DNA of 64,000 nt. Source: Terriglobia bacterium. GTDB taxonomy: Bacteria; Acidobacteriota; Terriglobia; 2-12-FULL-54-10. The notes under the pieces were generated by a model. The model did no database searches and was not told the DNA's origin. It worked only from the letters and a program-made list of their open reading frames with translations. Position 1 is the stretch's first letter. Each line of letters starts with the position of its first letter. The DNA lies in contig CAXVYR010000003.1 in assembly GCA_963666975.2 (NCBI GenBank), forward strand, positions 416,001 through 480,000, read 5' to 3'. Positions 41,209-51,644 of this stretch are shown piece after piece. A program made the translations under genes and the position numbers.

Positions 41209-42117
41209 ATGCCTGGAATTTGGAGTCAAGTCAGCAAGGCCTTTCGAGAGCTAAATCCGGAAGAGCTTGTTCGTGAGGCAGACCGGTCCCTCTCGCTGGC
41301 GCTCGTAGCAGGCACTCCGGAGGAGTTGAGCCAGATAGAAGCTTTTTTCCTGCCCGCCTCTCTTGGCCGGAACAAAGCCGAGCAGGTCCGTCAACGGCTG
41401 TTTCCCTTTCTCTATCCGCTTCGCCCGTCGCAGGAGCAGATGCTGCGCGAGTTTGATTTGGTGATCTGCTCGCAAGCCGTCACTGAAGGTGTTGGGCCTC
41501 TTTCGCCGTACGTCTATATTTTTGGCCGCGTGGATTCGCGGACTTTCGTAAAGGACATCTTGCGGGACAGATGGGACTTGGCGCTGCCTCTGGCCAAGAA
41601 CTTCCTGCCGTTTCGGAGTCCCGCACAACAGCGATGGATTCACTCGATAGCTTTCGAGAGCGCCCTGTTTGCGATGATGACGGCGGTCCCGAATGTATTG
41701 CCTACGCCCTTCTCCTTGCCCTGGGCGGCCACAGAGTTTGCTTCGAGCACCGTATTTCTGACGGCCAATCAAATGCGTCTCGCCTTTTTAATTGCCTCCT
41801 CCAGCGACTCCGCCGTTGGGTTCCGCGAGCAGAAAGGGCAGTTGACGGCGATTGCGGCGGCTGCGTTCGGCTGGCGGTCGCTGGCCCGCGAATTGGCCGG
41901 CAAGATTCCAGCAGGCCGCGGCCTGTTGAGTAAAGGGTTGATGGCTTACGCAGGGACCTATGTTACGGGAGTTACGCTGGAACAGATCCATGCCCTGGGC
42001 CGCACCCTGACACGCGAAGAAAAGCGTCAGGCCTTTGAAGATGCCTATCGTGCCGGACGCGCAGTGCTGGACAAAGCCTTGAGTGCCATGGGCTCCCCAG
42101 CCCATTCGGCCGCTTAA
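41209..42117 (+). CDS. Conserved hypothetical protein
   Basis: GAGGAG RBS, upstream TATAAT; LTANQMRLAFLIA and FGWRSLARELAGKIP. Confidence 0.75.
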   Translation: MPGIWSQVSKAFRELNPEELVREADRSLSLALVAGTPEELSQIEAFFLPASLGRNKAEQVRQRLFPFLYPLRPSQEQMLREFDLVICSQAVTEGVGPLSPYVYIFGRVDSRTFVKDILRDRWDLALPLAKNFLPFRSPAQQRWIHSIAFESALFAMMTAVPNVLPTPFSLPWAATEFASSTVFLTANQMRLAFLIASSSDSAVGFREQKGQLTAIAAAAFGWRSLARELAGKIPAGRGLLSKGLMAYAGTYVTGVTLEQIHALGRTLTREEKRQAFEDAYRAGRAVLDKALSAMGSPAHSAA

Positions 42118-42317
42118 AAAACCCACGGCAGGGCTCGGAATATGCCACTGGTTCGGGTCCAGAACGCTCCGTCGAACGCCCAGACAATCTTCCAGACTGT
42201 CGTGCCCATCCCCTTGGTATTTTTCTCCGTCGCTGAATTCTGCTGCCCGTCCCCTTCCTGTGATTTGAATGCAACTCGCTTACTCGACCCTCATACTACA
42301 TTCTCGGGAGGTCTGCT

Positions 42318-43313
42318 ATGCATGTACACTTCAGCTATCATCACGTTTCCCGAAACCCTCAGTTAGACCATGCGGTTGATTCGCACGTTCAGAAGTTGGG
42401 AAAATTCCTGGTTCGATTTTCGCCCGACTTGGTGCATCTGCGCGGCATACTGGAATTTAACTCGCCGCACCATGAGGCGGCCTGTTCTCTGAACATGTGG
42501 TTGCCAACCGCCCGGATTCATGCGAGAGAGAGCGGCGCTTCCGTATTGACGGTTATGCAGGCCTCTTTCAGCGAGTTGCTGGAGCAGGTGAAGCGGCACA
42601 AACGGGTCCTTCGGAGAGAAGGCGTGTGGAAGCGGCGGCGCTTCAAATTTCAGCACGAAGCGGAGAAGCTGCAAGCGGGCGAACTGCGAGTGGCCGACCG
42701 GCAGGAGATGCGCGATTATTTGGACCAGGTGCTTCCGCAACTGGAACATTTTATCGACCGCGAGCTGCGATACCTGGATCTGGCAGGCACGCTGAAACCG
42801 GGGCAGCCGCAGCTTACAGAAGTTGTGAATGAGGTTGTGGCCAGGTCGATGGAGAACGTGAAAGCTTCTTATGCGGAGTCGGTGCCCTTTCATCGACTGG
42901 TGAGCGAAGTAATACAGGTTCTGGAAAGCGCGCTCGCTCAACCGGCGACAGTTGCGACGGCTGATTCTGTCAAAACACCCGCCGCAATAAAGGAGGTTGT
43001 CGTCGCGCCGGAACAGAAAAGCCGTGCCGCAGCTCAGCGGATATCGAACAACTCCGGGGCAGGCGAGCCTGTGGCGCATTCGGCGGAACCATCTCCGGTG
43101 GAGCAATACCTGGCCGCCCTGCCAAAATTAGAGCGTCAGGTATATGTGCTGCATGCGTTGGAGGGATTCAATTGGGAAGAGACGGCGCAGGTATTAGGGC
43201 GTCCGGCAGGTGAGCTGCAGGAGCTTTTCCGGGGCGTGAGCCGGGAGGTTTCCGCGATCCTCCGGCAGGCAGAGGGAGAAGGGGAGGCATCACCACGCAA
43301 CGTACTGGCATGA
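42318..43313 (+). CDS. HPF/RaiA-like domain fused to ECF sigma region 2-like and region 4 domains
   Basis: The N-terminal ~100 aa follow the HPF pattern; the C-terminal LAALPKLERQVYVLHALEGFNWEETAQVLG is a sigma-4 HTH. Confidence 0.75.
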   Translation: MHVHFSYHHVSRNPQLDHAVDSHVQKLGKFLVRFSPDLVHLRGILEFNSPHHEAACSLNMWLPTARIHARESGASVLTVMQASFSELLEQVKRHKRVLRREGVWKRRRFKFQHEAEKLQAGELRVADRQEMRDYLDQVLPQLEHFIDRELRYLDLAGTLKPGQPQLTEVVNEVVARSMENVKASYAESVPFHRLVSEVIQVLESALAQPATVATADSVKTPAAIKEVVVAPEQKSRAAAQRISNNSGAGEPVAHSAEPSPVEQYLAALPKLERQVYVLHALEGFNWEETAQVLGRPAGELQELFRGVSREVSAILRQAEGEGEASPRNVLA

Positions 43314-43353
43314 GACTTCAAAGGAAGGTGAGCGCGCCGGCAATTCGCTTCTT

Positions 43354-43668
43354 ATGAATCCAAAGATGACCCACTGGGACTCCGCCTGGGGTCCTTTGCG
43401 GGAAGAGACCATGCGGCAACGGCTGACTGGCGAAGGTTATGCCGTCGCAAAATATCACTACCCGCCGGGAACCTATTTCCCCTCGCATACCCATACCGTA
43501 AATAAAAAGGACACCGTGCTACAGGGGCATCTGCGGATCAGTTGGGAGGGAGGCGAAACGGTGCTCGACCCCGGCGATATGATAGAGATCCCGGCGGGCC
43601 TCCCGCACAGCGCCGAGGTGGTGGGATCGGAAACCGTCGTCAGCTTGGATGCAACCAAGCCTGCATAG
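43354..43668 (+). CDS. Cupin domain protein
   Basis: FPSHTH...PGDMIEIPAGLPHSAEV. Confidence 0.88.
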   Translation: MNPKMTHWDSAWGPLREETMRQRLTGEGYAVAKYHYPPGTYFPSHTHTVNKKDTVLQGHLRISWEGGETVLDPGDMIEIPAGLPHSAEVVGSETVVSLDATKPA

Positions 43669-43882
43669 GGGGTTAATACAGGTTGCAAGGTTGCTGAAGT
43701 TTCCGCTTTTGTTTGTGCCGGATCACGAGCGGAAATTCGCCACGCTTTGTAGGAGCGCCGATGGCGCTATCGCCGCTGTCTTGACTTTCCGCGCAGGATT
43801 GGATAATTTGGACAAAGCTTTCGTTTGGCGGCTGATTTCGGGCAAGGCTCAGCGGGCAAAGCAAATTGATTAAGGAGAATGG

Positions 43883-44443
43883 ATGCCGTACATCCAGAAC
43901 AAATTCGAGAAGAACTTCGTGATCAGCACGGTTGACTACATCTTCAACTGGGCCCGGAAATCAGCGATTTGGCCGGTGACGTTCGGCTTGGCCTGCTGCG
44001 CGATTGAGATGATCGCCAGCACAACCTCTCGCTTTGACATTGCCCGCTTCGGCGCCGAAGTCTTCCGGCCCAGCCCGCGGCAGGCAGATTTAATGATCGT
44101 GGCAGGAACGGTGACGCTCAAGATGGCGCCCGTATTGAAGCGCGTGTATGACCAGATGCCCGATCCCAAGTGGCTCATCTCCATGGGAGCCTGCTCGAGT
44201 GTCGGCGGACCCTTCAATACGTATGCTGTCCTGCAAGGGGTTGACCGGATCGTGCCTACAGATGTGTACGTAATCGGCTGCCCGCCCCGGCCGGAAAACT
44301 TGTTTTACGCGCTGTTAAAATTGCAGGACAAGATTGACCAGATGACTTTGGCGAAGCGGCCGACCGAGGTCCGCCTGGATGAGTCGATGGTGGAAAACTT
44401 CCGCAAGCAAATTATGATTGCCCAGACTCCCCAACCCAGATAG
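43883..44443 (+). CDS. nuoB: NADH-quinone oxidoreductase subunit B (stand-alone)
   Basis: [27 protein letters not shown]. Confidence 0.95.
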   Translation: MPYIQNKFEKNFVISTVDYIFNWARKSAIWPVTFGLACCAIEMIASTTSRFDIARFGAEVFRPSPRQADLMIVAGTVTLKMAPVLKRVYDQMPDPKWLISMGACSSVGGPFNTYAVLQGVDRIVPTDVYVIGCPPRPENLFYALLKLQDKIDQMTLAKRPTEVRLDESMVENFRKQIMIAQTPQPR

Positions 44444-44470
44444 CCTGCTGGAACCCCCGAGGAGAAAAAC

Positions 44471-44776
44471 ATGTCCGCTTATGTCAAGGTGGCGACCGTT
44501 TCTGATGTTGAGCCCGGCAAGGTGAAAGAAATCACGGTCAACGAAAAGATTATCGCGCTCTGCAACGTGAATGGGACCTTTTACGCCCTGGACAACATTT
44601 GCCTGCATCGAGGTGGCCCGCTCGGACAAGGATATGTGGAAGGGGAAAAGCTGGAGTGTCCCTGGCACGGATGGCAGTTCGAAGTAAAGACCGGCGCCAG
44701 CCCTGTGAATCCCGGCGCAAAGGTCCCCACCTACGAGGTGAAGGTTGAAGGCGCGGATGTGATGGTAGCCTTGTAA
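44471..44776 (+). CDS. Rieske (2Fe-2S) ferredoxin
   Basis: CLH...CPWHGW. Confidence 0.93.
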   Translation: MSAYVKVATVSDVEPGKVKEITVNEKIIALCNVNGTFYALDNICLHRGGPLGQGYVEGEKLECPWHGWQFEVKTGASPVNPGAKVPTYEVKVEGADVMVAL

Positions 44777-45013
44777 ATTGCGAGTTGGCAGACCTCGGTT
44801 TTCGGAACGGTTCCCACCCTGTTACCCCTCCGAATGAACACCAATTCTCTTGTCCGCAACACCGGGCCGTTGCAAGTAGAAGTATCAAGGCAAGAAGCCG
44901 GTCACGGAGCGGAAATGCGTACGTCCGGGGAAAGGTTGGCAGGTGTTGTATACTGGCGACTACCCCGGAAAAGAAATCCCGGCTAAGGATCAACGCTTCA
45001 CGTAAGGATAACT

Positions 45014-46846
45014 TTGGCAACAACACAGCCCCATGCGCCGGCCACCCAGCTCGTCCGCAACGAAACCATCCGCAACATTGCGATTATCGCGCACGTCGAT
45101 CACGGCAAAACCACGCTGGTGGACGCCATGCTCCGGCAAAGCGGCATCTTCCGCGCAAATGAAACGGTGGCGGATCGCGTTATGGATTCCAATGAGCTGG
45201 AGCGCGAGCGCGGCATCACTATTCTGGCAAAGATCACCGGCGTGCATTACCACGGCGTAAAGATCAACATCGTGGATACGCCAGGCCACAGCGACTTCGG
45301 CGGTGAAGTGGAGCGCGCGCTGAAGATCGCCGACGGCGTTATGCTGCTGGTGGACGCCAGCGAGGGGCCGCTGCCGCAAACACGCTACGTGCTGATGAAG
45401 GCGCTCGAGGCTCGGCTGCCGCCGATCGTGGTCATCAATAAGATTGACCGGCCGGATGCGCGCATTTCCGAAGTCCTCGACGAAATCTACGACCTGTTCA
45501 TCGACCTGGACGCCGCAGAAGACCAGCTTGATTTCCCGGTGATCTACACCAACGCGCGCGCGGGAATCGCCCATAAAGCGCTGGACGACGGCTCCGATGA
45601 CCTGCGGACGCTCTTCGATGCCATCTTGAGCGACATCCCCGGTCCGGCCGGCAATCCCGAAAGCATCCTTCAGATGCTGGTCGCCAATCTGGATTACAGC
45701 GACTATCTGGGACGCCTGGCCATCGGCCGCGTGTTTGAGGGAACCCTGCGGCTGGGTGACACGGTCGGGATCGTCAAGCTGGACGGCTCGCTGCAAAAGA
45801 CAAAAATCACGAGACTCTATTCCTTCGAGGGTCTGAAGCGGGTGGAGGAAACCGAGGCACGGCCCGGCGACATCCTGACCATCGCGGGAGTGGAAGGCAT
45901 CACCATCGGCGAAACCGTCACCGACCCGGAAACGCCGCGCCCCTTGTCGCGCATCCAAATCGACGAGCCGACCATCAGCATGAACTTCACGGTGAACACC
46001 TCGCCGTTTGCCGGGCGCGAGGGCGCCTATGTGACTTCCCGAAATCTGCGCGAGCGGTTGCAGAAGGAACTGCTCACCAACGTCTCGATCAGAGTAGAAG
46101 AGGCCAGCGGACCGGATACGTTCAAGGTGATGGGCCGCGGGGAGCTGCAGCTTGCCATTCTCATCGAAATGATGCGGCGGGAAGGGTACGAGCTGGCGGT
46201 GGGCAAGCCGGAGATTTTGACCAAAGAAATTAACGGCACGCTCCACGAGCCGCTGGAGCTGCTGGAGATCGACTGTCCAGAAACCTTCCTGGGAGTGGTG
46301 ATAGAGAAGCTGGGAAGCCGCAAGGGCAAGGTCGCGAAGATGGTGAACCACGGCTCGGGGCGCGTACGGATGGAGTTCCACGTGCCGTCACGCAGTTTGA
46401 TCGGGTTGCGCAGCGAAATCCTTACCGCCACTCGCGGCACAGCCATCATGAACTCGCTGTTTCACGGCTACATCGAGTGGCAGGGCGACATTCCTTTCCG
46501 GCCTACCGGGTCGCTGGTGGCTGACCGGCCGGGCAAGGCTACAGGCTACGCCATTTTTAATATGCAGGAACGCGGAGAAATCTTTATTACACCGGGCACG
46601 GAAGTCTACCAGGGCATGCTGATCGGAGAAAACGCGCGCGACAAAGACATGGACGTCAACATCGTCAAGGAAAAAAAACTGACTAACATGCGCGCCTCCA
46701 CCGCCGACGACGCGATCCGCCTGGTTCCGCCGCGCATCCTCAACCTGGAACAGGCCATTGAGTTCATTCGGGAAGACGAGATGGTTGAGGTGACGCCGCA
46801 GTCGATTCGGCTGCGGAAGAAAATCCTGAACGCCAGTTTCCGGTGA
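45014..46846 (+). CDS. typA: Translational GTPase TypA/BipA
   Basis: [39 protein letters not shown]. Confidence 0.97.
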   Translation: MATTQPHAPATQLVRNETIRNIAIIAHVDHGKTTLVDAMLRQSGIFRANETVADRVMDSNELERERGITILAKITGVHYHGVKINIVDTPGHSDFGGEVERALKIADGVMLLVDASEGPLPQTRYVLMKALEARLPPIVVINKIDRPDARISEVLDEIYDLFIDLDAAEDQLDFPVIYTNARAGIAHKALDDGSDDLRTLFDAILSDIPGPAGNPESILQMLVANLDYSDYLGRLAIGRVFEGTLRLGDTVGIVKLDGSLQKTKITRLYSFEGLKRVEETEARPGDILTIAGVEGITIGETVTDPETPRPLSRIQIDEPTISMNFTVNTSPFAGREGAYVTSRNLRERLQKELLTNVSIRVEEASGPDTFKVMGRGELQLAILIEMMRREGYELAVGKPEILTKEINGTLHEPLELLEIDCPETFLGVVIEKLGSRKGKVAKMVNHGSGRVRMEFHVPSRSLIGLRSEILTATRGTAIMNSLFHGYIEWQGDIPFRPTGSLVADRPGKATGYAIFNMQERGEIFITPGTEVYQGMLIGENARDKDMDVNIVKEKKLTNMRASTADDAIRLVPPRILNLEQAIEFIREDEMVEVTPQSIRLRKKILNASFR

Positions 46847-46937
46847 GTTGAGTTGTTGCAACGAGGCCGGGGCAGCGCCGCAAAGGCAGGTTGTATTGCC
46901 GGGCTGTGGTTCCCACCTGAATCAGCATCCGGACATA

Positions 46938-46977
46938 GCATACCAACTGCACATACTAACTGAGGCATACCAACTGC
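46938..46977. repeat. Three direct copies of CATACYAACTG
   Basis: GCATACCAACTGC-ACATACTAACTGA-GGCATACCAACTGC. Confidence 0.75.
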
Positions 46978-47011
46978 CAGCGACTTTTTGATTAGCAGTA
47001 CCTTCCGGGGA

Positions 47012-48181
47012 TCAGCAGCATCCTTCCGGGCCGCAGGAGGATTCCGAGGTGGGTTTGGTGGTTTTGCGGTACCGCTGCCCCTTGGTTTCCTTGGGGTTTC
47101 GCAGCGATGTTTCTTTGCAGGCGAACGGTTTTGCTTTTTTCAACGGAACTTCCTTCAATGGCTCGACCGGCAACACCTGTTCGGCGTAAGACTCTGAGGT
47201 GAGGATGCGGTAGGTCTTGTCGCAAACCGCCATCCGCTTGCCGCGGAACAGCACGTGGCCATCGTCATCTTCCACCTGCTTCCACGGGCCCTTATAAATC
47301 ACAGCCTGATTTCGCTCCCAGCAAGGCCCTTGCTTGCCCTTGCTCGCCGTGACGGTGACGGACCGGAACTCGATGCCACGGATGGTCTGCCATGGCTCCT
47401 GGCCGTACTTGTCAATCTGGACGGCGTGGAAACCGGCATTTTCAAAGGCCTCGATGAACTTGTCTTCCCGGAATGCGCCCGCAATGCACCCGGACCACAG
47501 TTTCGGATCGTTTTGCATGGAAGCGGGGACATCTTCATCGGAGACGATGTCGGAGACGGCGATCCGCCCGCCGCGCTTCAGCACGCGGAACATCTCTCCG
47601 AAAAGCTGTTTTTTATCCTCCTGGCGGATTAGATTCAGAACACAATTGGAGACCAGGATGTCCACCGAATCGTTGGGAATCAGGGGTGCTCCGTTGGCGA
47701 GGCGGGTCTGATAGGCCTCGAACTTTTCCAGTTCCCGGCTGGAGTGAATGGGATTGTTCCGCAGGTACGCATCGATCTCTTCGAGCGGCGATGCCAGGTC
47801 CTGAATCTTCGCGCGATAGAAGGAAACGTTGCTGTAGCCGAGACTCCGGGAGACTTGCGGCTGGTAGCGGCGCGCTAGCGCCAGCATCTCCTCGTTGAAG
47901 TCCACGCCGATGACCTTTCCCTCCGGACCGGTGACTTGCGCTGCGATGTAACAGATTTTTCCGGCTCCGCATCCCAGGTCCAGCACCGTGTCGCCCGGGC
48001 GGACATACCGCGACGGGTCGCCGCAGCCGTAATCCCTCTCCAGGATTTCCTTTGGGATGATCTTCAAGAAGTTGGGGTCATAGTCGACCGGGCAACAGAG
48101 CTCGCTGATTCTTTCCTTCGCAGCCTCAGCATAACGGTTGTAAACAGCAGCTTCCGTATTGACGGTTGAAGTTTTTGCCAT
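47012..48181 (-). CDS. Arsenite methyltransferase-like SAM-dependent methyltransferase (Cys-rich)
   Basis: LCCP, YGCGDP, LDLGCGAG, SNCVLNL, WSGCIAGA, C-terminal GCC. Confidence 0.85.
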   Translation of the reverse strand: MAKTSTVNTEAAVYNRYAEAAKERISELCCPVDYDPNFLKIIPKEILERDYGCGDPSRYVRPGDTVLDLGCGAGKICYIAAQVTGPEGKVIGVDFNEEMLALARRYQPQVSRSLGYSNVSFYRAKIQDLASPLEEIDAYLRNNPIHSSRELEKFEAYQTRLANGAPLIPNDSVDILVSNCVLNLIRQEDKKQLFGEMFRVLKRGGRIAVSDIVSDEDVPASMQNDPKLWSGCIAGAFREDKFIEAFENAGFHAVQIDKYGQEPWQTIRGIEFRSVTVTASKGKQGPCWERNQAVIYKGPWKQVEDDDGHVLFRGKRMAVCDKTYRILTSESYAEQVLPVEPLKEVPLKKAKPFACKETSLRNPKETKGQRYRKTTKPTSESSCGPEGCC

Positions 48182-48228
48182 GATTTCCTCTTCACAAAAT
48201 GGAACAGCTGCTCCCTACTGAAATAACC

Positions 48229-49338
48229 CTACTGGAATAGAAAGTAGAGTGCGGAGCCCAGCAGGCCTCCCATCGGCAGTGTAAATAGCCAAGCAAGCAG
48301 AATCTCGCGGACTTTCCTTCCGTTGGTGCGATCGGGTTGCGACAAGCCGACTCCGAAGATGCTGCCAACGGCAGTGTGGGTTGTGGAGACTGCCAGACCC
48401 AAAGGAGAAGCGAGTGTGACCAGCGCCGCCGTTACCAGGTTTGCTCCGGTGCCCTCTACCGGCTGGATGTCGGTTACGTCTTCTGAAACCGTCTTCGCCA
48501 CGCGACGAACCGCCAGCGTGCCTCCCAGCAGCATGGCAACGGCCACCCCGGCAAACGCCGTTCCGGTGGCAACACCCAGAGCAGGCAGCAGCAGGAGGGC
48601 GGCGATCTTCGGCGTATCATTCATGCCCCGGGAAAAACTGATCAGCCCTCCGGAAAACCAGTGTAACACCTCGTTCACATCGGTGCGCCATTTGGCTCCC
48701 GGCGAGTGTACGGCGCAGGCCGCTGCGGTGTCGATTGTGATCGACGGAAGAAGATCTCCAGGCGTTGGTTGAGAGGGCATCGCCAGTGTTTCTGCGCCGA
48801 CTAGGGCCGGGGACATTTGTGCAGGAGTCACGCAGATACAGGTTCGTGTCACGGAGAAAATACGGCGCAGCAGGGGAAACGTGGACCACGTCAAGCCCAT
48901 AGCCGCCAGGGGAGTGAGAAGCAGCGGCAGGAATACCGTCATTCCCAAAACTCCCGGATGAAAATTGCTCCACCCTCCGGCTAGCAGAGCCGTTCCTGTC
49001 AACGCACCCGCTAAAGCGTGCGTGGTCGAAATAGGCATCCCAATTTTCACTGCCACAAAAACGGTGAGGGCAGCTCCGCCCCCTACGGCCACAAGGAAGG
49101 ACTCGGCGTCTATGCCGGAGTGGATCAGCCCGGCACCGGAAAAAATAGGCAGCAGCTTGGCGGCAAACCATATCCCTGCAACGGAACCCAGGGCTGTCCA
49201 GACGGCCGCCCAGGTGACGGCGCGCCCAAAACTGTAGTAGCGGCTCTGGCGGAGCGTTGCCACTCCCTTAAAGTTATCGTTGGCCCCGTTGGAAAAAGCC
49301 AGAAAGAATACAGCCGCCAGTAAGATGAAGTCCATCAT
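48229..49338 (-). CDS. PiT (inorganic phosphate transporter) family protein
   Basis: NGANDN, PISTTH, GMNDTPK, VSTTH. Confidence 0.88.
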   Translation of the reverse strand: MMDFILLAAVFFLAFSNGANDNFKGVATLRQSRYYSFGRAVTWAAVWTALGSVAGIWFAAKLLPIFSGAGLIHSGIDAESFLVAVGGGAALTVFVAVKIGMPISTTHALAGALTGTALLAGGWSNFHPGVLGMTVFLPLLLTPLAAMGLTWSTFPLLRRIFSVTRTCICVTPAQMSPALVGAETLAMPSQPTPGDLLPSITIDTAAACAVHSPGAKWRTDVNEVLHWFSGGLISFSRGMNDTPKIAALLLLPALGVATGTAFAGVAVAMLLGGTLAVRRVAKTVSEDVTDIQPVEGTGANLVTAALVTLASPLGLAVSTTHTAVGSIFGVGLSQPDRTNGRKVREILLAWLFTLPMGGLLGSALYFLFQ

Positions 49339-49710
49339 CCGTGTACCTTGCTTAATTTCGACTACTGTTCATAGCCTTTGCCTGCTTCTCAAATCGTAAC
49401 GCACGCTCGTAGAAAGAGTTAAATAGCCCGCCGCTGGAGGAAGAGGAAGGTGAAACGGAAATCGCAAAAAATGCCACTTTTATGGTCTCATAAGCGCTGT
49501 TCCGCCGCAACTGTGCAGCCGGCCGGTCTGCGGAGACACCCATTAGATAGCTTGGAGAGCCTCCAGGGTGCAAAATACTTTCTTCCTTCCACTACCGCCG
49601 GCGCGAAATGCCGGTGCGCTTGTCCGTTTCGTCTGCTTAGAGGTTGTGATAGGCTGAAAGGTCCCGGCGAAACAGGAATTTTCTCGCAACGGACACAAAC
49701 GGATTGGCTT

Positions 49711-50625
49711 ATGCCCGAACTCCCGGAAGTCGAAAACGTCGTGCGCAGCGTGAAACCGCTGGTATTGGGGCGGCGGATTACGGGCGCCGAGTGGCGCTGG
49801 TCCGGCGCGGATAGCAAGGGTCAGCCCGTGGCGCCGCGAATATTTCAGACCCCGCTTCCGGAGTTTCACAAGGCGCTCTGCGGCGCGCGGATTGAGGATG
49901 TTTCGCGGTATGGAAAAAACATCGTGTTCCATCTCAGCCACGGTACTCGGGGAAGTGTCCCGTTATTTTTTTTGGTTCATTTGGGAATGACTGGGCGGTT
50001 GACCTGCGAGGGCACATCGGAATTTCTGAACAAGCATACACATCTGGTCCTGAGTCTGGATGAGCCGGGCCGCTGGCTTCATTACACCGATATTCGCCGC
50101 TTCAGCCGCTTACGCGTTACCAACCATCTCCAGCACGAGCTGGGCGGGTTGGGGCCGGACCCCCTGGAAGTTTCCTTTGAAGAATTTTTTCACCTGCTTC
50201 GCTCCCGGCGCGCGATGCTGAAGAGTCTTCTACTGAACCAGCACTTTTTGCGCGGGATGGGCAATATCTATGCGGATGAAGCTCTCTTTCGAGCGGGCAT
50301 CCACCCTGCCGCTTGCGCCTCCCGGCTGACCCGAAAGCGCGCCCTCGGACTTTATCAGGGAATACGGGAAATTTTGGGGATCGCCATTGAACAGGGCGGC
50401 TCCTCCATCGCCAATTATGTGGACTCTCAGGGACGCCCTGGAAAATTTCAACTGCTGCACCAAGTTTACCGCCGTACCGGGCAGCCTTGCTTCCGGTGCG
50501 GCGCACGCATCCGCAAGATGTTGATTGCGAGCCGGAGCACTCATTTTTGCCCCCGTTGTCAGCGGGAAACGCGCAGAGTAACCCTCCGGAGCAAATCCGT
50601 GGTGGAAAGGAAAAAGATACAGTGA
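49711..50625 (+). CDS. mutM: Formamidopyrimidine-DNA glycosylase
   Basis: MPELPEVE, HLGMTG, GNIYADE, C4 zinc finger. Confidence 0.96.
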   Translation: MPELPEVENVVRSVKPLVLGRRITGAEWRWSGADSKGQPVAPRIFQTPLPEFHKALCGARIEDVSRYGKNIVFHLSHGTRGSVPLFFLVHLGMTGRLTCEGTSEFLNKHTHLVLSLDEPGRWLHYTDIRRFSRLRVTNHLQHELGGLGPDPLEVSFEEFFHLLRSRRAMLKSLLLNQHFLRGMGNIYADEALFRAGIHPAACASRLTRKRALGLYQGIREILGIAIEQGGSSIANYVDSQGRPGKFQLLHQVYRRTGQPCFRCGARIRKMLIASRSTHFCPRCQRETRRVTLRSKSVVERKKIQ

Positions 50626-51587
50626 AACGGTTTTCTGTAGGGGCCGACCTGGGTGGAACCAACCTCCGCATTGCTGCCGTGGATGAATCGGGGAAGGTGT
50701 TTGAAAAAATCTCGCTGGCCACGCGCGCACAGCAAGGGCGCGATGCGGTGGTTCGCGAGCTGTGCCGGGCCATCAGGGAACTCACAAAAAAGCAGGAAGG
50801 GGCCGGTTCCTTCGCAGGGATCGGCATCGGGATTCCAGGTATCATCTACTTGAAGACGGGGACTGTGCGTCAATCCCCGAACCTGCCGGGGTGGGAGAAT
50901 TATCCCGTGCGGGATGAGATTGAATCGCTGCTGGGGGTTCGTGTATTTTTGGAGAATGATGCGAATGTTGCCGCCCTCGGAGAAAAATGGATCGGCCTGG
51001 GGCGGGACGTCAGCAGTCTCTGCATGCTGACCTTGGGCACAGGGGTCGGCGGCGGGGTGGTATTGGACGGAAAAATCTGGCACGGCTTTCTGGGCATGGC
51101 GGGCGAACTGGGACACATGGTTGTCGCCGAAAATGGTCTGGCGTGCCGCTGCGGCGGCCAAGGGTGCCTGGAGATGGAGGCTTCCGCAAGCGCAATTGTG
51201 CGCCAGGGAGAAGAGCTATTGGCTGCGGGACGCAGCCCGGCTCTGGCCGAGGCGCGATCCAAGGCCGCCAAACTGACGGCAAGGATGATCTACGAGACTG
51301 CAAAAGCAGGGGACCCGGCTTCCAAAGCGATCTTTGAATCGGTCGGGCGATACCTGGGAATTGGAATTGCCGGCCTGACGAATGCCCTGAATTTGCCGTT
51401 GTATGTGATTGGCGGGGGCGCGGCTGCGTCCTGGGACCTGTTTGCTCCGGCGATGATGGAGGAAGCACGCAAGCGGTCTTTTATTTTCCGCGAGGGAAGC
51501 ACCCGCATCGAGAAAGCCGTTCTGAAAGGAGATGCAGGACTCTGCGGGGCAGCCTATCTGCCCCTCCAAGTCTCCGCAGAGCAATAG
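50622..51587 (+). CDS. ROK family sugar kinase (glucokinase-like)
   Basis: DLGGT, ENDANVAA, GTGVGGG, ELGH, CRCGGQGCLE. Confidence 0.93.
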   Translation: MKRFSVGADLGGTNLRIAAVDESGKVFEKISLATRAQQGRDAVVRELCRAIRELTKKQEGAGSFAGIGIGIPGIIYLKTGTVRQSPNLPGWENYPVRDEIESLLGVRVFLENDANVAALGEKWIGLGRDVSSLCMLTLGTGVGGGVVLDGKIWHGFLGMAGELGHMVVAENGLACRCGGQGCLEMEASASAIVRQGEELLAAGRSPALAEARSKAAKLTARMIYETAKAGDPASKAIFESVGRYLGIGIAGLTNALNLPLYVIGGGAAASWDLFAPAMMEEARKRSFIFREGSTRIEKAVLKGDAGLCGAAYLPLQVSAEQ

Positions 51588-51644
51588 CAACGCCCGAGTC
51601 GGCTGCGAGATTCCGGCAACGCTGATTACGCAGAAACAGAACTC

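Noticed and set aside
46919-47014. Sec readthrough of the methyltransferase CC-TGA end
   Set aside because: A terminal CC is typical of ArsM-like proteins, and the readthrough peptide runs into a repeat with no clear SECIS.
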